Counted from the first letter of the stretch, positions 1 through 8,703 are shown. The stretch: DNA of 33,144 nt from Sphingomonadaceae bacterium (GCA_050261575.1 JBLNDL010000018.1:1-33144), one strand, 5' to 3'. Notes: a model not told the origin generated them from the letters alone. Translations and numbers: made by a program.

Positions 1-125
1 AAGATGAGATCCCCCACTGGGCCAACCAGGTAAGGCCGCAGCTAGACCAGCTGCTCGATAGGCCGCATGTGCAAGGCGGGTAACCGCCTCAGCTTAGCGG
101 TACTAATGGCCGAGGACTCGATCTA
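1..125 (+). rRNA. rrl: 23S rRNA, 3' terminal part (truncated by window start)
   Basis: AAGATGAGAT...TAAGG...TAGACCA...GATAGGCCGCATGTG...TACTAATGGCCGAGGACTCGA follows the conserved pattern of the last ~120 nt of bacterial 23S rRNA. The exact 3' end is approximate. Confidence 0.88.
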
Positions 126-189
126 GAGTACCAATCCGTCTGGGCTAGCAGGATCGGCTCCCATCCAGAATTGGCTTCTCTCCTCTGGA

Positions 190-240
190 CTATTCACTTG
201 TTAAGGCGGAAAGGCCGCTGGCGTTGCCCGGGGCCTTCTT
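190..240 (+). terminator. Candidate rRNA processing-stem 3' strand (CTATTCACTTGTTAAGG) followed by an intrinsic terminator-like hairpin
   Basis: AAGGCC (211-216) pairs with GGCCTT (232-237), with inner GGC/GCC pairing, followed by CTTGTGT. The AT-rich 190-206 segment resembles downstream arms of pre-rRNA processing stems. Confidence 0.45.
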
Positions 241-300
241 GTGTCCATCGTTTCCCCTGCCCGCCGTCCCGCGCCCGGCTGCCGCGGTGCGGCACGATGG

Positions 301-329
301 TTGACACCCCTCCTCAGCGGGGATAGGAT
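301..329 (+). promoter_or_regulatory. sigma70-type promoter for the Nudix gene
   Basis: TTGACA (301-306), 17-bp spacer, TAGGAT (324-329). Confidence 0.7.
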
Positions 330-365
330 GCAGGGTAACCGCAACTCTATTAGAGGTCCACGTCC

Positions 366-869
366 ATGGGGCACCATCCCCCACGCAGCTCGGCCGTCCT
401 CCTGCTACTGCTCGATAAAGGGGGGGAGACCCACGTCGTCCTCACCAAACGGACCCACGACGTCGCAAACCACAAGGGCCAGATCTCCCTGCCAGGGGGG
501 GCCTGGGAGCCCAACGATAGCTCGCTGCTCGAGACGGCACTTCGAGAGACGAGGGAGGAGCTGGGAATCGATCGAGAGCAGATCGAGGTCCTCGGACGGC
601 TGCCCGACGTCTACACCGCGGCGAGCAACTTCAACATCACCCCGTTCGTCGCACGGCTGAAAGCACAGCCCCGCTACCATCCAGATCCTGCCGAGGTCGC
701 CGAGGTGCTGGAGGTTCCCCTCTCCGCGTTCCGCAACCCCGAGAAAGCGTGGGAAGAGGAAAGAACCGAGCCGGATGGAAAGCGGAAGGTGTATTTCTTC
801 CAGTACGGGAAGCACGTGATCTGGGGAGCAACGGCGCGCATCCTGAAGCACTACATGGATCAGGACTGA
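366..869 (+). CDS. Nudix hydrolase, CoA pyrophosphatase (NudL/PCD1-like)
   Basis: SAVLLLL, LTKR...HKGQISLPGG (NuCoA motif), Nudix box GGAWEPNDSSLLETALRETREELG, C-terminal IWGATA. GAGG lies upstream. Confidence 0.9.
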   Translation: MGHHPPRSSAVLLLLLDKGGETHVVLTKRTHDVANHKGQISLPGGAWEPNDSSLLETALRETREELGIDREQIEVLGRLPDVYTAASNFNITPFVARLKAQPRYHPDPAEVAEVLEVPLSAFRNPEKAWEEERTEPDGKRKVYFFQYGKHVIWGATARILKHYMDQD

Positions 870-944
870 TGATCCGGTCTCGGGCCGGCGGCTCTGCCGG
901 CATTCCGGCCGACGGGCCACGAGACCCCGCCCCACGCCATCGCC

Positions 945-1796
945 TCAGTCCTCAGTCCTGATCGGTTCCCGCATCAGCCGCCGCAGGGCCCGCACGTTGC
1001 GCCTGACAGTCTCGGCGTCCCCCGCCTCGTAGGAGTACTCCAGGTAGGTCTCCAGGTCCGCCACGGCACCGCACAGATCCCCCAGATGGTAGCGGAGCAT
1101 CCCGCGGTCGCGGATCTCGTCCAGATCCCACGGAGCCAGTTTGAGCAGCAGTTCCACCATCGCCAGCGCCTTGGCGTGCGACCTGGCGGCGACGTAGATG
1201 GTCTTGAGGTTGTGGATCGCCCGCGAGAGGATCTGCCGTTTGGTGACGGAGCCAAGCATGAAGGGTTGGAAGGTCACGGCCCCGTTGTAGATCTGCTCTA
1301 CCTTGGCCGCGCACTCCTCGGGAGAGAGCACGGCCCCCCCGCTAAACGGGTCCACGAAGATCTCGCCGAAGGGATGCGGGTGCTTGACAATGAAATGGCC
1401 GGGGAGGCCAACACCAAGCACCTCGAACCCGGCCCGACGCGCGACTTCCATATACACCAGTGAAAGGGATAAGGGGATGCCCTTCTGGCGATCCATGACG
1501 TCGTTGAGATAGCTGGATCGCGGATCGAAGTACTCCTCCTCCGTCCCGCCGAATCCCAGTTCCCCGAAGAGATAGCGGCTCAGCCCAGCCACCACGGTAA
1601 GGGGATGGCGCTCCGCCCCGATGCGATCCCGCACCTCGGCGGCCATCTCGTCCAGCCGTCGGAGGTAAGCGTAGACATCGAGCGATGGGTACTCCTCCCT
1701 GGCGACCAGGAGAGCCGCCAGCGCCAGGTCGATCTCAGGCTCCGGCCGCCGCACCAACTCCGCAAACTCTTTTCTGTTCACAGCTTCGCCAGCCAT
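945..1796 (-). CDS. SirB1/transglutaminase-like domain protein with C-terminal TPR
   Basis: GFGG...YFDPRSSYLNDVMDRQKGIPLSL, GVGLPGHF, VDPF.GG and EIRDRG motifs. Start is ambiguous (1796 ATG chosen; 1829 possible). Confidence 0.85.
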   Translation of the reverse strand: MAGEAVNRKEFAELVRRPEPEIDLALAALLVAREEYPSLDVYAYLRRLDEMAAEVRDRIGAERHPLTVVAGLSRYLFGELGFGGTEEEYFDPRSSYLNDVMDRQKGIPLSLSLVYMEVARRAGFEVLGVGLPGHFIVKHPHPFGEIFVDPFSGGAVLSPEECAAKVEQIYNGAVTFQPFMLGSVTKRQILSRAIHNLKTIYVAARSHAKALAMVELLLKLAPWDLDEIRDRGMLRYHLGDLCGAVADLETYLEYSYEAGDAETVRRNVRALRRLMREPIRTED

Positions 1797-1884
1797 CGAG
1801 AACCCCAGAACGCCTCCCGGACGATGCACAGCCGCGACCCGTCGCCGAGGCCGATCTTAGCATACCACTTCCATCCCTTCAAAG

Positions 1885-2057
1885 CCCAACCAGGACTTCC
1901 TCAACTCCACCTTCGCCGATATCGAGGAGCTGCGACGAAAGGAGACGAGGCCAACCCTGGAGATCCACCCTCAGGACGCCGCGAGCCGAGGGATCGTGGA
2001 CATGGGAGGCAGCGCGCCTTCTTCTCGAATTCGGTGCAAGCGGAGGGGGTGTGGCCG
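1885..2057 (+). pseudogene. Remnant of a molybdopterin-dinucleotide-binding (C-terminal) domain of a DMSO-reductase-family oxidoreductase
   Basis: Frame from 1885 reads PNQDFLNSTFADIEELRRKETRPTLEIHPQDAASRGIVD. After a frame change, 2031-2057 reads SVQAEGVWP. There is an in-frame stop at 1858 and no start codon or RBS ahead of the matching segment. Confidence 0.7.
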
Positions 2058-2123
2058 ACACAGAGACGCGGGGACGCGGGGTAAGGCTATACAGCTCTCC
2101 GCGTCTCCGCGCCTACGCGTCTC
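2058..2123. repeat. Bipartite inverted octamer tandem repeat (ACGCGGRG / CTCCGCGT)
   Basis: ACACAGAG ACGCGGGG ACGCGGGG ... CTCCGCGT CTCCGCGC CTACGCGT CTC. Forms a hairpin right at the panE stop. Confidence 0.7.
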
Positions 2124-3081
2124 AGAGGTAAGCCTCCACCCCGCGGACGACGCGATAGCCGAACTCCACGTTGGGGATTGCGATGCCGTGCTCCCGTGCC
2201 CGCTGCACCACGTAGCCCGCAGTCTCCTCGATCTCCGTCTTGCGACTCCGCAGAAGGTCCTGCAGCATCGAGATCCGCACGCTGGTCTGTCCCGAGCGCT
2301 CCAGGTTCGCACCCCTGGCCAGGATCATCTCCACAGCCTGCTCGAAGGGCGCATCCACCAGCGAGCGGATGGGGAAGCCCTGGTAATCCTCCACGCGCAC
2401 GCCGCAAGCCTCCGCCACTGCGGCGCACTCGTGCGTGATGGAGACGAACAGCTCCGCCAGGTCACGGCTCTTGCAGACCTTGTAGTACTCGAGGCGGCTC
2501 ACAGACGACAGCAACGCAGCCGGAACGATCTGACACAGCTTGGACCACTCGGCCGAGAGGATGCTCTCCGGGATCTCCGCCTTCATCCCTGCTTCGTTGA
2601 ATGCCGCTGCCAGCCGCTCAACCCGCTCCGACCGGCTCCCGTCCAGCTCTCCGAGATAGGTGACGCCGAACATCGTGTGCTGGGTGCGGCCAGGCTCCAA
2701 CAGGGTTGCGCCCAGGATGGTAGTCGCCCCGATCACCTTCGGCCAGCCATACCTGGACGCAAGCTGCCCGTCCTTCGCCATGCCGTTCTGTAGCGACAGG
2801 ACGGCACCGAACTCAACCCCCGCCACCCGATCCAGGGCGGCCAGGGTGTCTCTGGCCTTGACGACGACGATCAGGTAGTCGGCGGGACTCACCTCCTCGC
2901 GGCGGGAGGCGACCCCCACGGATGCCTTGACTCCCGTCGGCGCCACGATCTCCAGCCCTCGCTCCCGCAGCACGGCCACCTGCTCCGGTTTCCCCACCAC
3001 GGTGACCTGGTGTCCCGCCTTGGCGAGATACCCCGCCACCAACAGCCCCAGGCTGCCGGCACCCAGTATTGCGAACCTCAA
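2122..3081 (-). CDS. panE: 2-dehydropantoate 2-reductase (ketopantoate reductase family)
   Basis: N-terminal GAGSLG, VVKA, SLQNGM, EWSKL, SMLQDL...RKTEIE. TTG start with GGAGG SD. Confidence 0.85.
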   Translation of the reverse strand: MRFAILGAGSLGLLVAGYLAKAGHQVTVVGKPEQVAVLRERGLEIVAPTGVKASVGVASRREEVSPADYLIVVVKARDTLAALDRVAGVEFGAVLSLQNGMAKDGQLASRYGWPKVIGATTILGATLLEPGRTQHTMFGVTYLGELDGSRSERVERLAAAFNEAGMKAEIPESILSAEWSKLCQIVPAALLSSVSRLEYYKVCKSRDLAELFVSITHECAAVAEACGVRVEDYQGFPIRSLVDAPFEQAVEMILARGANLERSGQTSVRISMLQDLLRSRKTEIEETAGYVVQRAREHGIAIPNVEFGYRVVRGVEAYL

Positions 3082-3230
3082 TCCTACTGCCTCCGCTTCT
3101 ACAAAGCTGTGCTAGCCAAATGCGCGATTCAAGTAGGGCAGGGGTCTATCCACTGCCGCCGAGTAGTGGGAGTGCGGACGTCTCGCCTGTCCCCCTACCT
3201 ACACCGTCGAACTCGCGGAACGACGCGCTT

Positions 3231-3263
3231 AGTATAGCCAGGAGGGGGGCCCGATGCTATACT
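3231..3263. promoter_or_regulatory. Overlapping divergent sigma70 promoters (panE / MFS)
   Basis: Plus strand: TAGCCA (3235-40), 17 bp, TGnTATACT (-10 at 3258-63). Minus strand: TAGCAT (3259-54), 17 bp, TATACT (3236-31). Confidence 0.6.
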
Positions 3264-3372
3264 CGCAGCGGCTCCGCTGCAGCGCGGTGACTGCGACGGT
3301 GGCAAGGACTACGATTAGCCCGATGGAGTCCCGGTCTCGGCTGGGGCTCCATCGTCGTAGAAGGGATCCCTC

Positions 3373-4593
3373 TTGGCTGAATACGGGCTGCTGACGCCCC
3401 TCCGGGAACGCGACTTCGCCCGCCTCTGGCTCGGGCAGATGGCCTCCAACGTCGGGGACTGGGTGAACTACGTGGCCCTTACCGCCCTCGTGTGGGATCT
3501 GACCGGCTCAGCCTGGATGGTGGCCGTGCTGCGGGCTTGCCACGCGGTCCCCCTCCTGCTGCTGGGCCCCTTCTCCGGAGTCTTCGTCGATCGCTGGAAC
3601 CGCAAGACCACCTTGGTGATCGTGGATCTCCTCCGGGCAGGGCTGGTACTGCTCTTACCTTTCGTCCAAGACATCGGCACCATCCTCGCCGTCACCCTCG
3701 CCTTCAACGTTGCCTCCACCTTCTTCGCCCCGGCCAAGAACGCCCTGATCCCCAACATAGTCAGCCGCGATCGGCTGCTGGCAGCCAACTCCCTCTCGTC
3801 CACCACACAGAACATGGCCATGGTCATCGGGCCGGCCCTCGGCGGCGCCATCCTCGCATACGGCGGAACCGCCGCGGCGTTCTACTTCGACAGCGCCACC
3901 TTCGTCTTCTCCGCCATCGCCATCGCCGCGATGGCGGCGTCCGGAGCCTTACGGCAAGGCTCCGGCGAGGAGCGCGACACGCGGCAGGAGCTGCTGGAGG
4001 GCCTGCGCTTCGCCACTTCCCATCTGGGAGTCAGGACGGCCTTGCTGCTGGAGGTGGGGCTGATGGCGGGCTGGGGTTCCATCAACGTCCTCGCCATCGT
4101 CATAGCGGAGAAGGTGCTGTCAGGTGGGGCAACCGAGTACGGACTGCTGCTCACCGCCGTCGGATTCGGATCGGTGGTTGGAGCCCTGCTCACGGGAGGT
4201 GCCGGAAGCCGGCTCGGGCTGGTGCGATTCTTCCCCCTCGGCTTCGTGATCGTCGGCACGGCGATCGCCGGCCTGGCCGGAAGCCGGGTCCTGGTCGCCG
4301 CCGCCGCGGGCTACTTCTTTGCAGGTGTCGGACGGATGGCCATAGAGGTGGCCGCCACCACGATGTATCAGAGAGCGGTACCCGACGGCCTCAGGGGGCG
4401 CATCTTTTCCCTGCGCCACATGGTCACCCACCTTGCCGTTCTGGTCGCCAATCAAGCCGCGGGATTGTTCACCGATGCAGCTAGCGTGGGCCCAATCCTT
4501 GCCGTGGCAGCGGTGGTGCAACTGGCCTGCGGTCTGCTATCCGGACTGTTCCTCGCCCGAGGCTGGGGAAAGGCCGCGAAGGAGGTTGACTGA
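3373..4593 (+). CDS. MFS transporter (DHA3/H+ antiporter, MFS_3-like)
   Basis: LRERDFARLWLGQMASNVGDW, motif A GVFVDRWNRK, ~12 hydrophobic segments, VPDGLRGRIFS. Confidence 0.9.
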   Translation: MAEYGLLTPLRERDFARLWLGQMASNVGDWVNYVALTALVWDLTGSAWMVAVLRACHAVPLLLLGPFSGVFVDRWNRKTTLVIVDLLRAGLVLLLPFVQDIGTILAVTLAFNVASTFFAPAKNALIPNIVSRDRLLAANSLSSTTQNMAMVIGPALGGAILAYGGTAAAFYFDSATFVFSAIAIAAMAASGALRQGSGEERDTRQELLEGLRFATSHLGVRTALLLEVGLMAGWGSINVLAIVIAEKVLSGGATEYGLLLTAVGFGSVVGALLTGGAGSRLGLVRFFPLGFVIVGTAIAGLAGSRVLVAAAAGYFFAGVGRMAIEVAATTMYQRAVPDGLRGRIFSLRHMVTHLAVLVANQAAGLFTDAASVGPILAVAAVVQLACGLLSGLFLARGWGKAAKEVD

Positions 4594-4683
4594 CAACACC
4601 CAAATGGTCCATTCTGTGCAGAACGGGAACGAGGTTGTTCCCTTGCGCCACCGTTCACGCTCGAATCAAGGAGGCCCCAATCG

Positions 4684-6084
4684 ATGAATAGCCACTCAAA
4701 CGTCAAGGAGCTACTTGACTCTCTCAACGGCATCGTCAGCGTCAGCGCCGGCCAGCTCCAGGTACAGAACGAGCAGCGACTGCGGGATCAGGCCATCGAC
4801 TCCCTGATCTACGACGCCGTCTTCGGCCCCGACGATGTAAAGGCAGCCGCCCGATGGATCATCTGGGAGAGCGGCCAGCAGTTGGGGATCCTCCCGGCCT
4901 CCATCCAGGATCTGTACGAGGCCAGGGGCCGGGGCGAGGTTGACCACTTCACCGTGCCGGCGATGAACATCCGAGGTCTAACTTACGATATCTCCCAGGT
5001 CATCTTCCGAGCAGCCCTACGGAACAACGTTGGCCCCTTCGTTTTCGAGATCGCCCGATCGGAAATGGGGTATACCGATCAGCGGCCGGATGAGTACGCC
5101 ATCGCCCACATAGCTGCCGCCATCAAGACAGGATACCGCGGACCCGTCTTCATTCAAGGCGACCACTTTCAGGTGAACCGGAAGAGATGGGAGCAGGATC
5201 CCAACGCGGAGATCGCCGGGGTCAAGAAGCTGATCGACGAGGCAATCCCTGCCGGCTTCTACAACATCGACATCGACACTTCGACCCTGGTGGACCTGAG
5301 CCAGCCCGACGTGGATGCCCAGCAGCGCAACAACTTCGTCAACGCCGCCGAACTCACGGCGTACGTTCGATCGAAGGAGCCGAAGGGTATCACCATCTCG
5401 GTCGGCGGAGAGATCGGCGAGGTTGGGGGCAAGAACAGCACGCCCGAAGAGCTGGACGCGTTTATGAACGGCTACCTGGCCGAGTTGCGCCGCATAGACC
5501 CCAGCATGAAGGGGATCAGCAAGATAAGCATCCAGACGGGCACGGAGCACGGTGGCGTGGTGCTGCCCGACGGCCGGATAGCCGACGTGGCCCTGGACTT
5601 CGAAACCTTGAAGACCCTATCGCACCTGGCCAGAACCAAATACGGGCTGGCCGGTGCCGTGCAGCACGGCGCATCCACCCTGCCCGACGAAGCGTTCCAC
5701 AAGTTCGTCGAGTCGGGTTGCTGCGAGGTGCACCTGGCCACGGCCTTCCAGAACATGTTGTTCGAGAGCCGCCACTTCCCCGACCAGTTGCGTCGAGAGA
5801 TGTACGATTACCTGAAGCGAGAACTGGCGGACCAGAGGAAGCCCAGCCAGACCGAGGGGCAGTTCATCTACAAGACGCGCAAGAACGCCTTCGGCCCGTT
5901 CAAGAAGCGGTTGTGGGATCTGCCCAAGGAGACTAAGGATGCCCTGGGGAGGGAACTGGAGGAGAAGTTCGTCTTCCTGTTCCAGCAGTTGTCGGTGGTC
6001 GACACCAGGGAATTGGTGGACAAGTGGATCAAGCCGGTGAAGGTGAGCCGGCCGGTGCCGGATTCCCTGGGGGTGAGGGCATAG
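4684..6084 (+). CDS. Class II (metal-dependent) fructose/tagatose-bisphosphate aldolase-family protein, long form
   Basis: VPAMN, FEIARSE, IQGDHFQ, DIDTS, GGEIGEVG, GTEHGG, VQHGASTLP. AAGGAGG SD. Confidence 0.8.
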   Translation: MNSHSNVKELLDSLNGIVSVSAGQLQVQNEQRLRDQAIDSLIYDAVFGPDDVKAAARWIIWESGQQLGILPASIQDLYEARGRGEVDHFTVPAMNIRGLTYDISQVIFRAALRNNVGPFVFEIARSEMGYTDQRPDEYAIAHIAAAIKTGYRGPVFIQGDHFQVNRKRWEQDPNAEIAGVKKLIDEAIPAGFYNIDIDTSTLVDLSQPDVDAQQRNNFVNAAELTAYVRSKEPKGITISVGGEIGEVGGKNSTPEELDAFMNGYLAELRRIDPSMKGISKISIQTGTEHGGVVLPDGRIADVALDFETLKTLSHLARTKYGLAGAVQHGASTLPDEAFHKFVESGCCEVHLATAFQNMLFESRHFPDQLRREMYDYLKRELADQRKPSQTEGQFIYKTRKNAFGPFKKRLWDLPKETKDALGRELEEKFVFLFQQLSVVDTRELVDKWIKPVKVSRPVPDSLGVRA

Positions 6085-6094
6085 AAGACCGATC

Positions 6095-6128
6095 GGGGCC
6101 CTCCGGCTGGACCTAGCCGGAGGGCCCC
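6095..6128. terminator. 14-bp GC hairpin between convergent genes
   Basis: GGGGCCCTCCGGCT-ggacct-AGCCGGAGGGCCCC followed by ATCCTTT. Confidence 0.75.
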
Positions 6129-6136
6129 ATCCTTTC

Positions 6137-6817
6137 CTACTCCTCTATCATCCCCCTGCGTTCCAGGTCCTGCCGGTACTCCCTGTACTGCTCGATCAGG
6201 GGATACACCTCCTCCTGCGAGAGTTGTCGTACCTGGGAGTAGCCGAAGAAGAGCGCCAGCACCTCCGGGAGGCGCAGACCCGCGCGCCGAACCGCATCCT
6301 TGAATCTTGCGGCTGCGAGGATCATCTCCGCCTCCTGCAACACACTGTCCGGCTCCGGAGGGCTTGGTGGCGGCACCTCTCCCTTCAGGCAGAGAGGGCA
6401 GTGCTCGGAGTCGTGGTCGAGGCTCTGCCGCTCAGGCCACTCCTGGATGCTAAGGGTTTCCGGGTCGAGGTGCACCAGCCGGCTGGGACGGTGCGACTCA
6501 GGGTCATCGTACTCCTCGACGACCTGCTTCTGCAGCCCAGCCTGCAGCAGGTGCCTGGCCAGATCCTCGCGGGTGAGGCCCGATCGGTCGAACACCAGGG
6601 CATCGTAGGAACCGTAGTAGACCCAGCCCCGCTGCGACAGCCAGTAAGCAGCCTCGTTGGCGCGACTGGCCGTCTCCAGATTGAAGCGGGCCTCGTCCAC
6701 CAGTTCCATTGGATCCGGGCTTTCCGCCCCCTCTAAGTTCTCGATGTCCTCGCCAGGCGCTCTCCATAGATCCATTACGATGGTGTAGCGGCGCCTCAAC
6801 TCGGCCGACTTGCTCAC
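6137..6817 (-). CDS. Hypothetical protein (~226 aa) with an HxxxHCxxC motif and Pro-rich linker
   Basis: GTG at 6817 is preceded by GGAGG. Amino-acid composition is protein-like. The gene ends at the 6095-6128 terminator. Confidence 0.7.
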   Translation of the reverse strand: MSKSAELRRRYTIVMDLWRAPGEDIENLEGAESPDPMELVDEARFNLETASRANEAAYWLSQRGWVYYGSYDALVFDRSGLTREDLARHLLQAGLQKQVVEEYDDPESHRPSRLVHLDPETLSIQEWPERQSLDHDSEHCPLCLKGEVPPPSPPEPDSVLQEAEMILAAARFKDAVRRAGLRLPEVLALFFGYSQVRQLSQEEVYPLIEQYREYRQDLERRGMIEE

Positions 6818-6932
6818 AGCTAAACCTCCGCGTGGCTGGCCTCGGGCTACCCCGACCCTTGATATGGATATGGTACACCGCGAGTGCCCCTCATTGAAAG
6901 TACGTCGGCTTGCAGGGGGTCCGCCTTCCATG

Positions 6933-6978
6933 AGACAATTAGTCATTGTGGCCTGCCGGCCACAATGACTAATTGTCT
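6933..6978. repeat. Perfect inverted repeat, 21-bp arms, 4-nt loop; candidate operator
   Basis: AGACAATTAGTCATTGTGGCC-tgcc-GGCCACAATGACTAATTGTCT, lying between divergent genes. Confidence 0.85.
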
Positions 6979-7080
6979 GGGCGAATAGTTTTCATGCCAG
7001 TACGTAATGCGGGTGCGCATTGGGGATCGGTGCGACTCGCGCTGAGCCTAAGGCGGCTCGACCATGGAAAGAGGTGACTC

Positions 7081-7821
7081 ATGCTCGACGAAAGGAGCCC
7101 TGTTCCCCTTTACTACCAGCTTCAGGAGATAATCCGGTCCCGCATCGAAAGCGGTCAATGGGGGCCCGGACAGCAGTTGCCGCCGGAGGCGGAGTTGTGT
7201 GAAGAGTTCAACCTCAGCCGAGGCACGGTCAGGCAGGCCCTGGCGGACCTCGTTCGTGAGGGGCTGCTTCATCGCCGACGGGGCAAAGGCAGCTTCGTCG
7301 CCACGCCGAAGATTCCCCAGGACTTGCTCAGGGTGGCCACCGGCTTCAGCGAGTATGCCAAGCAGGTGATCGGCACCGAGTTGGGCAGCCGGCTCATCGA
7401 GGTGACCACGATACCCGCCAACAGGTCGCTCGCGAGGAGGTTCGAGTTGGCCGAGGGTGACGAGTTGTACGAGATCCGGAAGGTGAAGCTCGCCCACGAA
7501 AGACCCTACTTCATGTCGACATCCTACGTCCCGAAGGCCGTCTGCCCGGACCTGGACAAGGAGGACCACTCCACCGGATCGCTCTTCCAGTTGCTCCGCC
7601 AGAAGTACGGCATCGCCGTCACGAAAGTCGAAGGGTGGTTCGAGCCGATCCTGGTCAACGAATACGAGGCCTCCGTCCTCGACCTCCCCAAGGGTGCTCC
7701 CGCGATGCTGTACGAGCGGATGCGCTACACCGCCAGCAACCGCCCCGTGATGCTCAACAAGCACATCATCCGCGGCGACATGTGCCGACTCACCTTTCAA
7801 CTGTCCGACTCCTCCAACTGA
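7081..7821 (+). CDS. GntR family regulator, HutC/UTRA subfamily
   Basis: PLYYQL...GQQLPPEAELCEEFNLSRGTVRQAL..LVREGLLHRRRGKGSFV wHTH plus UTRA domain. GAGGTGA SD. Confidence 0.93.
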   Translation: MLDERSPVPLYYQLQEIIRSRIESGQWGPGQQLPPEAELCEEFNLSRGTVRQALADLVREGLLHRRRGKGSFVATPKIPQDLLRVATGFSEYAKQVIGTELGSRLIEVTTIPANRSLARRFELAEGDELYEIRKVKLAHERPYFMSTSYVPKAVCPDLDKEDHSTGSLFQLLRQKYGIAVTKVEGWFEPILVNEYEASVLDLPKGAPAMLYERMRYTASNRPVMLNKHIIRGDMCRLTFQLSDSSN

Positions 7822-7995
7822 CACTAGCACTCCGCCAGTCTGGTGCTGACACGTCGGGCAGCCAGGACCTCCTGGCCAGCGACCACCTGCTTGGGGTAGA
7901 TCGCCTCGCTTGGAGGCGGCGGCACCAACCTCCAGCTACCTGGATTGCATCTTGCGTCCCTCCGTGCCGACAGCCTGCGCACAGAGGGACGCAAG

Positions 7996-8703
7996 ATGAT
8001 CCCGATACAGGACATCCCCGACGGGCAGCGGCGCCACTTCCCTGCCTTCACCGTGGCGCTCATAGCAGCCAACGTCCTCGTCTTCCTCTACGAGCTGTCG
8101 CTTGGTTCCGGCCTGCCTCGGTTCATCTACACCTACGGCATGATACCGCTCGAGATCACCACGGGTCAGCAACTCACGCCCTCCCCGATACCGATCTACC
8201 TCACCATGTTCACGGCCATGTTTATCCACGGCGGCCTGCTCCATCTGGCCGGCAACATGCTGTTCCTCTGGATATTCGCAGACAACGTCGAGGACACTCT
8301 AGGGCATCTCCTGTTCATCGGCTTATACTTCCTCTGTGGAGTCGTCGCCAGCCTGCTGCAGGTCTACTCCAACCCCACCTCCACCCTCCCCAACATCGGG
8401 GCCAGCGGAGCGGTGGCGGGCGTCCTGGGAGGCTACCTGTTGCTCTTCCCCAACGCCACCATCCGCACGCTACTGTTCGTAGGCCCCTTCATCACCATCA
8501 CCAGGCTATCGGCGCTTCTCATGATCGGGGTCTGGCTCCTGTTCCAGGTGGTCAGCGCTCTGGCAGAGGTCGCGATCGCCTCCGAGGGAGAGACAGGTGG
8601 AGTGGCCTTCTGGGCCCACATAGGGGGCTTCGTGGCAGGGGTGGTGTCGCTCGGGCTGTGGCGGATGCTGACAGGCTACGAGCCCCGCGCGCCGGCAACG
8701 TAG
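7996..8703 (+). CDS. Rhomboid family intramembrane serine protease
   Basis: MIPIQD start, MFIHGGLLHLAGNMLFLWIF, catalytic GASG and FWAHIGGF. GAGGGA SD. Confidence 0.92.
   Translation: MIPIQDIPDGQRRHFPAFTVALIAANVLVFLYELSLGSGLPRFIYTYGMIPLEITTGQQLTPSPIPIYLTMFTAMFIHGGLLHLAGNMLFLWIFADNVEDTLGHLLFIGLYFLCGVVASLLQVYSNPTSTLPNIGASGAVAGVLGGYLLLFPNATIRTLLFVGPFITITRLSALLMIGVWLLFQVVSALAEVAIASEGETGGVAFWAHIGGFVAGVVSLGLWRMLTGYEPRAPAT

Noticed and set aside
139..230. Words faintly like 5S rRNA (CTCCCATCCAGAA, GTTAAG, GCCGCTGG)
   Set aside because: Spacing and helices do not fit 5S: no CCGAAC loop, no terminal helix, no loop E/AGTAG region. Better explained as spacer hairpins.
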